Source: Candidatus Gottesmanbacteria bacterium RIFCSPHIGHO2_01_FULL_40_15 (lineage in GTDB: Bacteria; Patescibacteriota; Microgenomatia; 2-02-FULL-39-11). Taken from it: a stretch of 64,000 nucleotides of DNA. The stretch is from assembly GCA_001779115.1 (NCBI GenBank), contig MFJF01000005.1, positions 76,922-140,921 on the forward strand. The letters run 5' to 3'. The number at the start of each line of letters is the position of its first letter. The first letter of the stretch is position 1. Under the pieces are notes generated by a model, which was not told the origin of the DNA, did not search any database, and worked only from the letters and a program-made list of their open reading frames with translations. A program made the translations under genes and the position numbers. Positions 38,343 through 47,267 of this stretch are shown here, in pieces.

Positions 38343-39641
38343 ATGAAAAAAATAAAAGACGTCAATGTTACCCGGTCCTTTAATAATTATCAGGCCGTCT
38401 CGGCAATTAAAAAGAAATTACTCGGAAAAAGACTTAATTACCAGGAAATTTTCTCCTTAATGGATGAAGTAGCCCATGAACGGCTGGGACCTATTCTGAC
38501 AACTTATTTTGTCGCCGCCGGATTCAAGGAAGGATTTACCAAAACGGAACTTTTCTATTTGACAAAAGCCATGGCCGATACCGGCCAAAAACTGAATTTA
38601 AAAGGAACAGTGGCCGATAAGCATTCTACCGGGGGCCTGGCCGGAACCAGAACAACAATGATTTTGGTACCGATAGTTGCCTCGGCCGGTTTTAAAATAC
38701 CCAAGAATTCATCCCGGGCTATTACAACACCGGCCGGAACCGCCGATACCATGGAAGTTTTGGCACCGGTTACTTTTCCCTTGAAAAAAATAGAGCAAAT
38801 GGTCAATAAAACAGGAGGAGTAATTGTATGGGGCGGCCATTTAGGTCTGGCTCCGGCGGATGATGTGATTATCCAGGTAGAAACACCGTTATCTTTTGAG
38901 TCATTTGACAAAATAATCGTATCAATTATGGCTAAAAAAATTGCATCGGGAGCAACCCATCTGGTACTGGACATTCCGGTCGGGCCAACCGTTAAAATTA
39001 ATCATTTCAAAGACGCGGAATTAATTGCCGATAAATTCAAGTTTTTAGCCAAACGTTTCAAAATAAAAGTGACTGTTGATATTAACCAGGCGCTTGAACC
39101 GGCCGGGCACGGAGTTGGACCGGCTTTGGAGGCAAGAGACGTACTCAAAGTTTTGGAACAGAGACCGGACCGGCCTTTCATGCTTGAGGCTAAAGCATTA
39201 AGACTTGCCGGAAAGCTTCTTGATCTTTGTCTGTCAAACGGCAAAAACGGCAAAAAAAAACCGGCCGGCAGCAGCGGAGAGGAAATGGCCGTCAAAATTC
39301 TTAAAAGCGGAAAAGCTTTAAAAAAGATGAGGGAAATAATTAAAATCCAGGGAGGAAACAGCCAGATCAGCAGCGAATCAGTCAAACTCGGACAATACCG
39401 CTTCGATGTTCCTTCCATAACCAAAGGAACGATTACCGGCTTCAACAATAACGATCTGACGGTAATTGCCAAGATTCTGGGCTGCCCCCAAGATAAAACG
39501 GCCGGAATATACTTAAACCGCAGAATAGATGAAAAAGTGGACAAGAACGATATTTTGTGTATATTATATTCTGGCGACAAATGGAGGTTGGAAGAAGCAA
39601 AAGATACACTTTTGAATGTTCCTATTTACCGGATTGAATAG
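38343..39641 (+). CDS. AMP phosphorylase / thymidine phosphorylase family (archaeal-type)
   Basis: DKHSTGG, VPIVA..G..IPK.SSRAIT.PAGTAD.MEVLAPV, WGG.L.LAPADD, DIPVGP..K, GPALEA. Confidence 0.88.
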   Translation: MKKIKDVNVTRSFNNYQAVSAIKKKLLGKRLNYQEIFSLMDEVAHERLGPILTTYFVAAGFKEGFTKTELFYLTKAMADTGQKLNLKGTVADKHSTGGLAGTRTTMILVPIVASAGFKIPKNSSRAITTPAGTADTMEVLAPVTFPLKKIEQMVNKTGGVIVWGGHLGLAPADDVIIQVETPLSFESFDKIIVSIMAKKIASGATHLVLDIPVGPTVKINHFKDAELIADKFKFLAKRFKIKVTVDINQALEPAGHGVGPALEARDVLKVLEQRPDRPFMLEAKALRLAGKLLDLCLSNGKNGKKKPAGSSGEEMAVKILKSGKALKKMREIIKIQGGNSQISSESVKLGQYRFDVPSITKGTITGFNNNDLTVIAKILGCPQDKTAGIYLNRRIDEKVDKNDILCILYSGDKWRLEEAKDTLLNVPIYRIE

Positions 39642-39654
39642 AATATAAAGCAAA

Positions 39655-39861
39655 ATGTTTAAAAACGTAATTGCACCGGTTCAAGCCTGGCTTATTTCCC
39701 AGGGAAGATGCGTCGGTTGCGGCAAATCGTTGAAAAGCGGAAAAAGAGTCAAGGAAATCAGCCAAGAAGAAAGGGTTACCTGTAAATACTGCGGCAGGAT
39801 TTATCTTTTTGATGTAACAAAAAGAATTTACCGCCGGGCCCCGGTACCCGTTAAAAAATGA
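39655..39861 (+). CDS. Small zinc-ribbon protein
   Basis: CVGC...CKYC pairs, 68 aa, overlaps the mltG start. Confidence 0.7.
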   Translation: MFKNVIAPVQAWLISQGRCVGCGKSLKSGKRVKEISQEERVTCKYCGRIYLFDVTKRIYRRAPVPVKK

Positions 39862-40823
39862 AAAAAAAACTTTATGTTCTGGTCATTGTTTTGGTAATTA
39901 TCAGTCTGCCTTTATATCTATGGTATTTGCAGGCTGTTAAACCGGTAAATCCGTTAAACCGTGATTTTGAAACCTTCACAATAGAAAAGGGTGAAAATGT
40001 CAGAACAATCAGCCAAAGACTGGAGAGTGAGAAACTGGTCCGATCAGGTCTGGTTTTTTTTCTTGTGTCCCGATTCACGGATCTGGGCAAAAGTATTCAG
40101 GCCGGAGATTTTCTTTTAAGTCCCTCTATGAACTTAAACGAAATAGCCGAAGAACTTAAACACGGGACAACCGATATCCGGCTGACAATTCCTGAGGGCT
40201 GGCGCAAAGAGGAGATAGCCACAAAAGTTGCCGTTACATTTCAAATTCCGGAGAGCGAATTTCTTAAAACCTCAGAAGAAGGATATTTATTTCCGGACAC
40301 TTACTCCATGCCGAAAGAAATAATAGCCCAGGAAATTGTCCAAATCATGAAGGATAATTTTAATAAAAAAATGGGCACTATTGACTTGGGAGCTTTGGAT
40401 AAATTCGGATTGTCTTTGAACGATCTGGTTATTATCGCCTCCCTGGTTGAAAGAGAGGCAAAACTGCATGAAGACCGGCCGCTTATAGCCAGTGTGATTT
40501 TAAACCGGCTGAAAATTGGCATGAAACTGGATATTGATGCCACTGTCCAGTATATTTTGGGTTACCAGCCGAACGAAAAAAGCTGGTGGAAGAAAGATTT
40601 AACACTTGAAGATTTGGAGACTGACTCTTCTTATAACACTTATATTAACGCCGGACTGCCGCCGGCACCGATTGCCAACCCGGGTTATCTTTCACTTAAG
40701 GCTGTTTTGGAAGCTCCGGGGAATAATTATCTTTATTATGTGGCCGACAGTAACGGTAAATCACACTTTGCCGAAAGCTTTGAAGAACACGCTTCCAATA
40801 TCAGTAAATACTTAAGCAAGTAA
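39858..40823 (+). CDS. mltG: Endolytic transglycosylase MltG
   Basis: TIPEG, EGYLFPDTY, ASLVERE, NRL..M.L.IDATV.Y, SSYNTY..GLPP.PIANPG. Confidence 0.95.
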   Translation: MKKKLYVLVIVLVIISLPLYLWYLQAVKPVNPLNRDFETFTIEKGENVRTISQRLESEKLVRSGLVFFLVSRFTDLGKSIQAGDFLLSPSMNLNEIAEELKHGTTDIRLTIPEGWRKEEIATKVAVTFQIPESEFLKTSEEGYLFPDTYSMPKEIIAQEIVQIMKDNFNKKMGTIDLGALDKFGLSLNDLVIIASLVEREAKLHEDRPLIASVILNRLKIGMKLDIDATVQYILGYQPNEKSWWKKDLTLEDLETDSSYNTYINAGLPPAPIANPGYLSLKAVLEAPGNNYLYYVADSNGKSHFAESFEEHASNISKYLSK

Positions 40824-40859
40824 TTAATTTGCCGTTTTTATGGTAAAATAAGGCAGAAT

Positions 40860-40970
40860 ATGGCCAATCAGGAACGGGAACCTAATCCAAATAAAGAGGC
40901 ACTGAAAAAAATCGGTAAAGCACTGGGTATTGCGGCTATTGCAGTTCTGGGCTTGGCTTTTATCTTATAA
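40860..40970 (+). CDS. 36-aa single-TM microprotein (below the ORF track cutoff)
   Basis: MANQEREPNPNKEALKKIGKALGIAAIAVLGLAFIL; TGnTAAAAT upstream; fills the intergenic gap. Confidence 0.55.
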   Translation: MANQEREPNPNKEALKKIGKALGIAAIAVLGLAFIL

Positions 40971-40991
40971 AATTTATCCCCTTTCAATAAT

Positions 40992-42119
40992 ATGCTGTCA
41001 AACGTTAAATGTCCCAATTGCGGCCATTCCATTGAATTAACCGAAGCCGTGAAAAAAGAATGGGAAGCGGAATTTACAAAAAAGGACGAGCAAAAGAGGA
41101 AGGAAGAACTCGCCCGAGCGGTAAAAAACGCGGAAGTGAAAGCGTTTGAAAAAGTAACACAAGATTTCAACATTAAGCTAAAACAATCAATTGAGGAAGC
41201 CAGTGAAGAAAAGGAGAGAAACAGGAAATTACTTACCGATTTAAGTGAGAATAACAAGCTAATAAGGGAGCTGAAAAGAAAAGATGAGGAAAGACAAATC
41301 GAAACGGAAAAGAAAATGATGGAAATGGAAGAAAAGATTAAGACTGAAGCCAGAAAACAGGCCGATTATGAGAATAAACTGAAACTTTTGGAGAAAGAAA
41401 AAAAACTGGCAGAGGCTTTGAAAATGAATGAGGAACTGACCCGGAAACTTAATCAGGGATCACAGCAAACCCAGGGGGAAGTTCTGGAACTGGAACTGGA
41501 AAAAATATTAAATACAGCTTTTCCGACTGATGAGATAAAACCCGTTGAAAAAGGCATAAGAGGCGCCGACATAGTTCAAAAAGTCTGGGACAGGCAGGGA
41601 AATTGCTGCGGAACAATTCTCTGGGAGACGAAAAATGCCAAATGGAACAGTGAATGGATTGATAAACTGAAAGCTGATTTGAGAACCGTCAAAGCTGAAA
41701 TCGCCATTCTGGTATCTGAAGAGATTCCCAAAGACATCAAATCAGCCGGTTTCAGGGACGGTGTTTGGATAACGGAACGCAGGTTTATTGTTGCTTTGGC
41801 AACGGCACTCCGGGCGGTTATTATCCAGAATTACCATGTGAAAAAATCAGTAAAGGGAAAAAATGAAAAGATGGAAACCATATACCAATATATATCGGGA
41901 GTGGAATTTAAACACCGGATAGAAACAATCGTTGATGCTTTTTCCCTTCTCCAGGATGAACTGGAAAAGGAAAAAAGGTTTTTCGCTTCCAAATGGTCCA
42001 GACAGGAAAAATATTTAAGGGGCATTATCGATCATACGCTGGGGATTCACGGGGATCTGAAAGGAATACTGGGTTCGTCACTTCCCGAACTGAAGGGACT
42101 GCAATTATCGCTTGAGTAA
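40992..42119 (+). CDS. DUF2130-like coiled-coil protein with N-terminal zinc knuckle
   Basis: KCPNCG..I.L, long coiled coil, GSQQTQGEVLELELE..L...FP.D, GAD, ILWETK, WI.KLK.D. Confidence 0.82.
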   Translation: MLSNVKCPNCGHSIELTEAVKKEWEAEFTKKDEQKRKEELARAVKNAEVKAFEKVTQDFNIKLKQSIEEASEEKERNRKLLTDLSENNKLIRELKRKDEERQIETEKKMMEMEEKIKTEARKQADYENKLKLLEKEKKLAEALKMNEELTRKLNQGSQQTQGEVLELELEKILNTAFPTDEIKPVEKGIRGADIVQKVWDRQGNCCGTILWETKNAKWNSEWIDKLKADLRTVKAEIAILVSEEIPKDIKSAGFRDGVWITERRFIVALATALRAVIIQNYHVKKSVKGKNEKMETIYQYISGVEFKHRIETIVDAFSLLQDELEKEKRFFASKWSRQEKYLRGIIDHTLGIHGDLKGILGSSLPELKGLQLSLE

Positions 42120-42121
42120 GT

Positions 42122-42709
42122 ATGTTAAAACTCCGCTTATTTATAGCCATACCGCTTCCCGATAATCTTCTGGATAATATTATAAAATGCCAAAATTCCC
42201 TGAAAACTGAAAAAGCTTTGTCCAATTCGGGAGCTCGATTTACCAGTCGGGAAAATCTGCACATAACCGTATTATTTTTAGGATACCTTGAGGAGAAATC
42301 GGTTGACCAACTACTGGAAATTATCAGGCAAACCACCAATCGTGTCTCCCCTTTCAGTCTTACTCCGGTAAATTTTACTTTTGCTTCGCCCGGTGCCCCC
42401 CCGAGAATGGTTTGGCTAAATTTTCAGAAAAACGATGAGTATAATTGGCTTTACCGTAATTTAAGCCGGCCGGTTAAAGATTTTTTCAATAAATCCCAAC
42501 AGAAATTTGATTATGAGAAAAGGGAAAAATTAATCCATGTAACGGCTGCCAGATTTAAAAGCCCCCCAGTAAAAAATGAAACGGATAAAATTAAGTTACC
42601 GGCAATAAGTCATGAAGAATTTCTTTGCAGGGAAATCATCCTTTATAAATCAATCTTAAAAAAAGAAGGGGCACAATATGTCCAAATTTCCCGGTTTAAC
42701 TTAACTTAA
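42122..42709 (+). CDS. thpR: 2H phosphoesterase, RNA 2',3'-cyclic phosphodiesterase
   Basis: RLFIAI, LHITV.FLG, PRMVW, HVTAAR, LY.S.L...GA.Y. Confidence 0.85.
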   Translation: MLKLRLFIAIPLPDNLLDNIIKCQNSLKTEKALSNSGARFTSRENLHITVLFLGYLEEKSVDQLLEIIRQTTNRVSPFSLTPVNFTFASPGAPPRMVWLNFQKNDEYNWLYRNLSRPVKDFFNKSQQKFDYEKREKLIHVTAARFKSPPVKNETDKIKLPAISHEEFLCREIILYKSILKKEGAQYVQISRFNLT

Positions 42710-42712
42710 GAT

Positions 42713-43024
42713 ATGACTCAAGAAGAAAAAGTATTCAGGTTTGTTTCAGCCATACCGGCAGGGAAAGTTACGACTTATAAAAACCTGGCCGGGGTTTGCG
42801 GTATTAAAAATCCAAGATTGGTGGGCAGAATCCTTCATAAAAACACCGATCCGCTAAATATCCCCTGCCACCGGGTGGTAAGAGCGGACGGATCCCTTTC
42901 AGCAGGCTACGCATACGGAGGCAAACGGGGTCAAAAGAAAAGGCTTATTGCCGAAGGGATTATCATCAACAATCATAAAATTGACTTAAACAAATTCTGC
43001 TTCTATTTTCCCCGATCGGGCTGA
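42713..43024 (+). CDS. Short MGMT/Ogt-family alkyl-DNA repair protein
   Basis: IPAGKVTTY, PRLVG, PCHRV active-site motif, L.AEG. Confidence 0.9.
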   Translation: MTQEEKVFRFVSAIPAGKVTTYKNLAGVCGIKNPRLVGRILHKNTDPLNIPCHRVVRADGSLSAGYAYGGKRGQKKRLIAEGIIINNHKIDLNKFCFYFPRSG

Positions 43025-43039
43025 AACGGATTATTAATT

Positions 43040-43915
43040 CTATTCCAATTCTTCACCTAATTGTTTTAAGAGTTCCTTTTGCCGGTTATTCAGTTTCTGG
43101 GGGATATTGATTATTACCCTGACGTATAGGTCTCCGCGGCCGGAATCTCTGACATGAGGAACTCCTTTACCTCTTAATCTTATTAAAGTACCGGGTTGAG
43201 TTCCCGGTTGTATTTTTATATTTACCGGGCCGTCAACGGTCGGGACTGCGATGACATCTCCGAGAGCTGCCCGGACTATTGAGATATTCAGATCGGTTAT
43301 AAGGTCATAGCCGTCCCTTTTAAATCTTGAGTCAGGAGTAACATTAATGACAATATCATAATCCTTAAATCTGACGATAGATCCGGTATCGACTCCTTTG
43401 GGAATTTTTACGGTCACTTCTTTTGAATCCAGGGTAACTTTTTTCTCGGTACCCTTAACAGCTTCCATAAAATCAATGGTCAACCGGTAGGCCGGTCTTG
43501 AACGGTATCTGCCTCCGAAGGGAGACGCTCCACCGAAGAACTGTTCAAATATTTCAAACGGATCGGAAAAACCGCCGAAATCAATCCCTTCAAAAGGCGA
43601 GCCGCCGCCGGTTGAAGTATAGGTATAGGTGAACGGACCATATCTGCCCGTATGGCTTCCTTGCCCGGCCTGACCTTGACCGAAACCCGAACCGGGAGCA
43701 AAAGCTTGCGAACCGTACTGGTCATATACTTCCTTCTTTTTGGAGTCTGATAAAACTTCATAAGCCCTGGTAATTTCCTTAAATTTTTCAGCCGCTTTGG
43801 GGTCTTTATTCCGGTCAGGATGCCACTCCAATGCCAATTTACGGTAGGCTTTTTTTAAATCAGCCGGTGAGGCATTTTTTGATACACCGAGAATCTGGTA
43901 ATAATCCTGTGCCAT
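43040..43915 (-). CDS. dnaJ: DnaJ-class co-chaperone (no zinc finger; class B)
   Basis: [13 protein letters not shown] region, C-terminal domain; no CxxCxGxG repeats. Confidence 0.9.
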   Translation of the reverse strand: MAQDYYQILGVSKNASPADLKKAYRKLALEWHPDRNKDPKAAEKFKEITRAYEVLSDSKKKEVYDQYGSQAFAPGSGFGQGQAGQGSHTGRYGPFTYTYTSTGGGSPFEGIDFGGFSDPFEIFEQFFGGASPFGGRYRSRPAYRLTIDFMEAVKGTEKKVTLDSKEVTVKIPKGVDTGSIVRFKDYDIVINVTPDSRFKRDGYDLITDLNISIVRAALGDVIAVPTVDGPVNIKIQPGTQPGTLIRLRGKGVPHVRDSGRGDLYVRVIINIPQKLNNRQKELLKQLGEELE

Positions 43916-43971
43916 ATTTATAAACCTAATTTAATAATTTTATTATGAATTGACAAGTAACGCCAATAATA

Positions 43972-43994
43972 GGGCGCGCTAAATTTGCGCGCCC
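43972..43994. terminator. GC-rich hairpin between dnaK and dnaJ
   Basis: GGGCGCGC-taaattt-GCGCGCCC. Confidence 0.55.
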
Positions 43995-44018
43995 GTTCTT
44001 TTTATTGTTAATAAGAAT

Positions 44019-45926
44019 TCAGCTTACTACTTCGCCTTCCTGAACTTCATCTTCTTTTTTCTTCCCGTCTTTTTTACCTTTAGATTCTTTTTCATCAACC
44101 TCTGGTTTTTCTTCAGAATGTTGTCCTTCTTTTTGACCCTGATACATAGCCTGGCCTATTTTTTGCAGGCTGTCTGACAGCTCCCGGGTTTTTGTTTCAA
44201 TTTCTGCCGAACCGGCCTTATCCAAGCTTGATTTCAGAGAAGAAATTTTTTCTTCAACTTCTTTTTTAACAGACGGGTCTACCTTTTCCCCGGTATCTTT
44301 TAAGGATTTTTCGGCTACATAAATCAGATTATCGGCTTTATTTCTGGCTTCAATTGTTTCTTTCTTTTCCCGGTCTTCGTCGGCATGTTTTTCAGCTTCT
44401 TTTGTCATCCGGTCAATCTCATCTTTAGCAAGTCCGGTCGTAGCCGTTATTTTTATGCTTTGGGACTTTCCGGTAGCTTTATCTTTGGCTGACACATTAA
44501 GAATGCCGTTGGCATCAATATCAAATGTAACTTCCACTTGGGGAACTCCTCTTTGAGCCGGAGGGATGCCGTCCAGAATAAAGCGGCCGAGTGATTTATT
44601 ATCAGCGGCCATGGGACGCTCACCCTGTAAAACATTTATTTCAACAGACGTCTGATTATCGGCGGCGGTTGAAAAAACTTCGGTTTTACTGGTAGGAATT
44701 GTCGTATTTCTGGAAATTAAGGGTGTTGTTACCGCTCCCAATGTTTCCAATCCCAGAGTCAGGGGTGTAACATCAAGAAGCACGACATCTTTAACGTCTC
44801 CCATAAGAATACCACCCTGGACTGCCGCTCCAACAGAAACCACCTCATCGGGATTGACGCTTTTATTAGGTTCTTTACCGAAAAACTTTTTAACCCTTTC
44901 CAAAACCTTGGGCATTCTGGTCATTCCTCCGACCAAAACAATTTCATCTATTTTATCTTTGCCGATTTTAGCGTCTTTTAAACAGGCTTCAATCGGCGGA
45001 ATTGTTTTTTCAATCAGATCCGATACGATTGATTCCAATTTCGCTCTGGTTAATTTCTGGACCAAATGGAGCGGTCCCTGATTTCCCTGGGTAATAAAGG
45101 GCAGATTAATTTCCGCTTCCATTGAAGTGGACAACTCAATTTTGGCTTTTTCGGCAGCGTCTCTTAATCTTTGAAGGGCCTGGGGGTCTTTTCTCAGATC
45201 GATATTGTTCTCCTTTTTGAATTCATCGGCAATATGATTCAAAATATCCTTGTCAAAATCGTCTCCTCCCAAATGGGTATCTCCATTGGTTGCTTTTACC
45301 TGATAAACACCTTCACCCAACTCCAAAACGGAGATGTCAAAGGTGCCTCCGCCCAGATCGTAAACGGCAACTGTATGGGCGTGTTTTTTATCAAGACCAT
45401 AAGCAAGTGCGGCAGCTGTGGGTTCATTAATTATCCTTTTTACTTCCAAACCGGCTATCTCACCTGCCTGTTTGGTTGCCTGTCTTTGTGAATCGTCAAA
45501 ATATGCCGGAACAGTTATAACCGCCTCCGTAACTTTTCCGCCGAGATAATTTTCGGCATCGGTTTTGATTTTTTGGAGAATTTGAGCTGATATCTCCTGC
45601 GGGGTAAAAGTTTTACCGTCAACCTCAACTACTGCCATTCCGTCCCTTCCGGCCTTAATGGTATAAGGCAACCATTTTAAATCGAATTGGATCGATTCAT
45701 CCTTAAAACGGCGGCCCATTAACCTTTTAACGGAAAAAATTGTGGTTTTGGGTTTCATAACCATTTGACGTTTAGCGACATCACCGACTATCCTTTTTAA
45801 AGGATCAACAACTGAAGGGATAACGTTTCTTCCTTCAGCCGAATGGATTACTTTCGGTTTGCCTCCCTCCATTACAGCAACGCAGCTGTTGGTTGTTCCC
45901 AAATCTATTCCGATTATTTTTGCCAT
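44019..45926 (-). CDS. dnaK: Chaperone DnaK
   Basis: [39 protein letters not shown]; SD AAAGGAGG. Confidence 0.98.
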   Translation of the reverse strand: MAKIIGIDLGTTNSCVAVMEGGKPKVIHSAEGRNVIPSVVDPLKRIVGDVAKRQMVMKPKTTIFSVKRLMGRRFKDESIQFDLKWLPYTIKAGRDGMAVVEVDGKTFTPQEISAQILQKIKTDAENYLGGKVTEAVITVPAYFDDSQRQATKQAGEIAGLEVKRIINEPTAAALAYGLDKKHAHTVAVYDLGGGTFDISVLELGEGVYQVKATNGDTHLGGDDFDKDILNHIADEFKKENNIDLRKDPQALQRLRDAAEKAKIELSTSMEAEINLPFITQGNQGPLHLVQKLTRAKLESIVSDLIEKTIPPIEACLKDAKIGKDKIDEIVLVGGMTRMPKVLERVKKFFGKEPNKSVNPDEVVSVGAAVQGGILMGDVKDVVLLDVTPLTLGLETLGAVTTPLISRNTTIPTSKTEVFSTAADNQTSVEINVLQGERPMAADNKSLGRFILDGIPPAQRGVPQVEVTFDIDANGILNVSAKDKATGKSQSIKITATTGLAKDEIDRMTKEAEKHADEDREKKETIEARNKADNLIYVAEKSLKDTGEKVDPSVKKEVEEKISSLKSSLDKAGSAEIETKTRELSDSLQKIGQAMYQGQKEGQHSEEKPEVDEKESKGKKDGKKKEDEVQEGEVVS

Positions 45927-45957
45927 TTTTCTATCCTCCTTTGAATTAAAAATTTAG

Positions 45958-46449
45958 TTAATGTCCGGCCTTCCGGTTAACAATTACCTGGGCCGGTCTT
46001 AAAACCTGATTATTCATCATATAAGCAGGTCTTATTTGCCCAATGACCTGATTGTCCGGTTTGCCCGGAGTTACGGAAACGCATTCCATAAACGTAGGAT
46101 CAAATTTACGGTCAAGACAATCAACTTTTTCCACATTTTCTTCCTGAAGCAGATTTATAAATTTATTCAATATCAGTTCAAGACCCTTATCAGGTAAGAG
46201 CTTGGCGGCTGTTTCCAAATCGTCAATTATCGGCAACAGTTTCAAAATAAAATCTTTATTGGCGAATTTTTTAACTTCGGCCGCTTTCTCGCTGACTCTT
46301 CTTTCCAAATTCCTGTAGTCAGCCAGCGCCCGGAGATATTTATCCTTCCATTCGTCGGAATTTAGTTCAGACTTTTTATCCTGATCCGGCTTTTTTCCTT
46401 TATTTGGTTCATTTTCCTGTACGGTTTTAGTATTGTTGCTTTTTTTCAT
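45958..46449 (-). CDS. grpE: Nucleotide exchange factor GrpE
   Basis: YLRALADYRN, LLPIIDDL, FDP, Y.....VLRPA.V; ATG 46449. Confidence 0.93.
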   Translation of the reverse strand: MKKSNNTKTVQENEPNKGKKPDQDKKSELNSDEWKDKYLRALADYRNLERRVSEKAAEVKKFANKDFILKLLPIIDDLETAAKLLPDKGLELILNKFINLLQEENVEKVDCLDRKFDPTFMECVSVTPGKPDNQVIGQIRPAYMMNNQVLRPAQVIVNRKAGH

Positions 46450-46453
46450 TGGT

Positions 46454-47188
46454 TTACCAGGATTTAGCCAGATCATTAATGAGATCACCCATATACCTGA
46501 CAATCGGGACAATACGGGGATAATTGAGCCTGACCGGGCCGACAACACCGATTGCCCCCTGATGATGGGGTGAATTGAACTTGACGAATACCGTACCGCA
46601 TGAGCTTAATAATTGACCGCCCAATTCTTCACCGACCAGGATGCGGAGCGATTCTTCCTCTTTATTATCAAAAGCTGAAAATATTTTCCACCAGTAATCA
46701 TACTGATCCAGGGTATCAAGCAGATGTTTGGTGATATCGATATCGTAAAATTCAGGCATATCCAATATGTTTCCCAGCCCTGAGGTAAAAAAATCTCCCT
46801 CATTTGTAGCTGCCAATGACATGGCATTGGTTTGTTTGGCTAATGTTTTGGTCGCCTCTCTTAAAAGGCGGTCCATTTCATTACGGTAATCCCAAATCTT
46901 TTGCTTAACATTAACTTCTTCATTTACCGATAATTCCTTGGTTTTCATCAGTTTATCAACATAATATTTCAAAGCATGCGGAGTGGGTGTCCTTCCAGCA
47001 GAAGTGTGAGGCTGCTGGAGAAATCCGGCATCAGTTAATTTGACCATTTCGTTTCTGATTGTTGCCGGTGAGACACCCAAATCGTACTTCTTATCCAAAG
47101 TTTCCGAAGCCACCGGTTGGGCCGTATTAATAAATTCATCGATTATAGCCTTAAGTATTTGGAGCTGTCTATCAGTTAAATCAGCCAT
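46454..47188 (-). CDS. hrcA: Heat-inducible transcription repressor HrcA (short form)
   Basis: LTDRQ.QIL.AI, VSPATIRNEM, QPHTSAGR.PT, IGVVGP.R..Y. Confidence 0.93.
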   Translation of the reverse strand: MADLTDRQLQILKAIIDEFINTAQPVASETLDKKYDLGVSPATIRNEMVKLTDAGFLQQPHTSAGRTPTPHALKYYVDKLMKTKELSVNEEVNVKQKIWDYRNEMDRLLREATKTLAKQTNAMSLAATNEGDFFTSGLGNILDMPEFYDIDITKHLLDTLDQYDYWWKIFSAFDNKEEESLRILVGEELGGQLLSSCGTVFVKFNSPHHQGAIGVVGPVRLNYPRIVPIVRYMGDLINDLAKSW

Positions 47189-47192
47189 GGAA

Positions 47193-47219
47193 TTAGCACT
47201 AAAATATCATGACTGCTAA
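47193..47219. promoter_or_regulatory. CIRCE operator overlapping the hrcA promoter
   Basis: TTAGCACTA-N9-GACTGCTAA versus consensus TTAGCACTC-N9-GAGTGCTAA; minus-strand TTGACA(47229-47224)-17-TATTTT. Confidence 0.9.
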
Positions 47220-47267
47220 AGTTTGTCAAGTGAGAACAGATACGTTACCATTTTTAAAGAAGAGTAT

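Noticed and set aside
43950-43975. Plus-strand TTGACA as an antisense promoter into dnaK
   Set aside because: No -10 hexamer at 16-18 bp spacing
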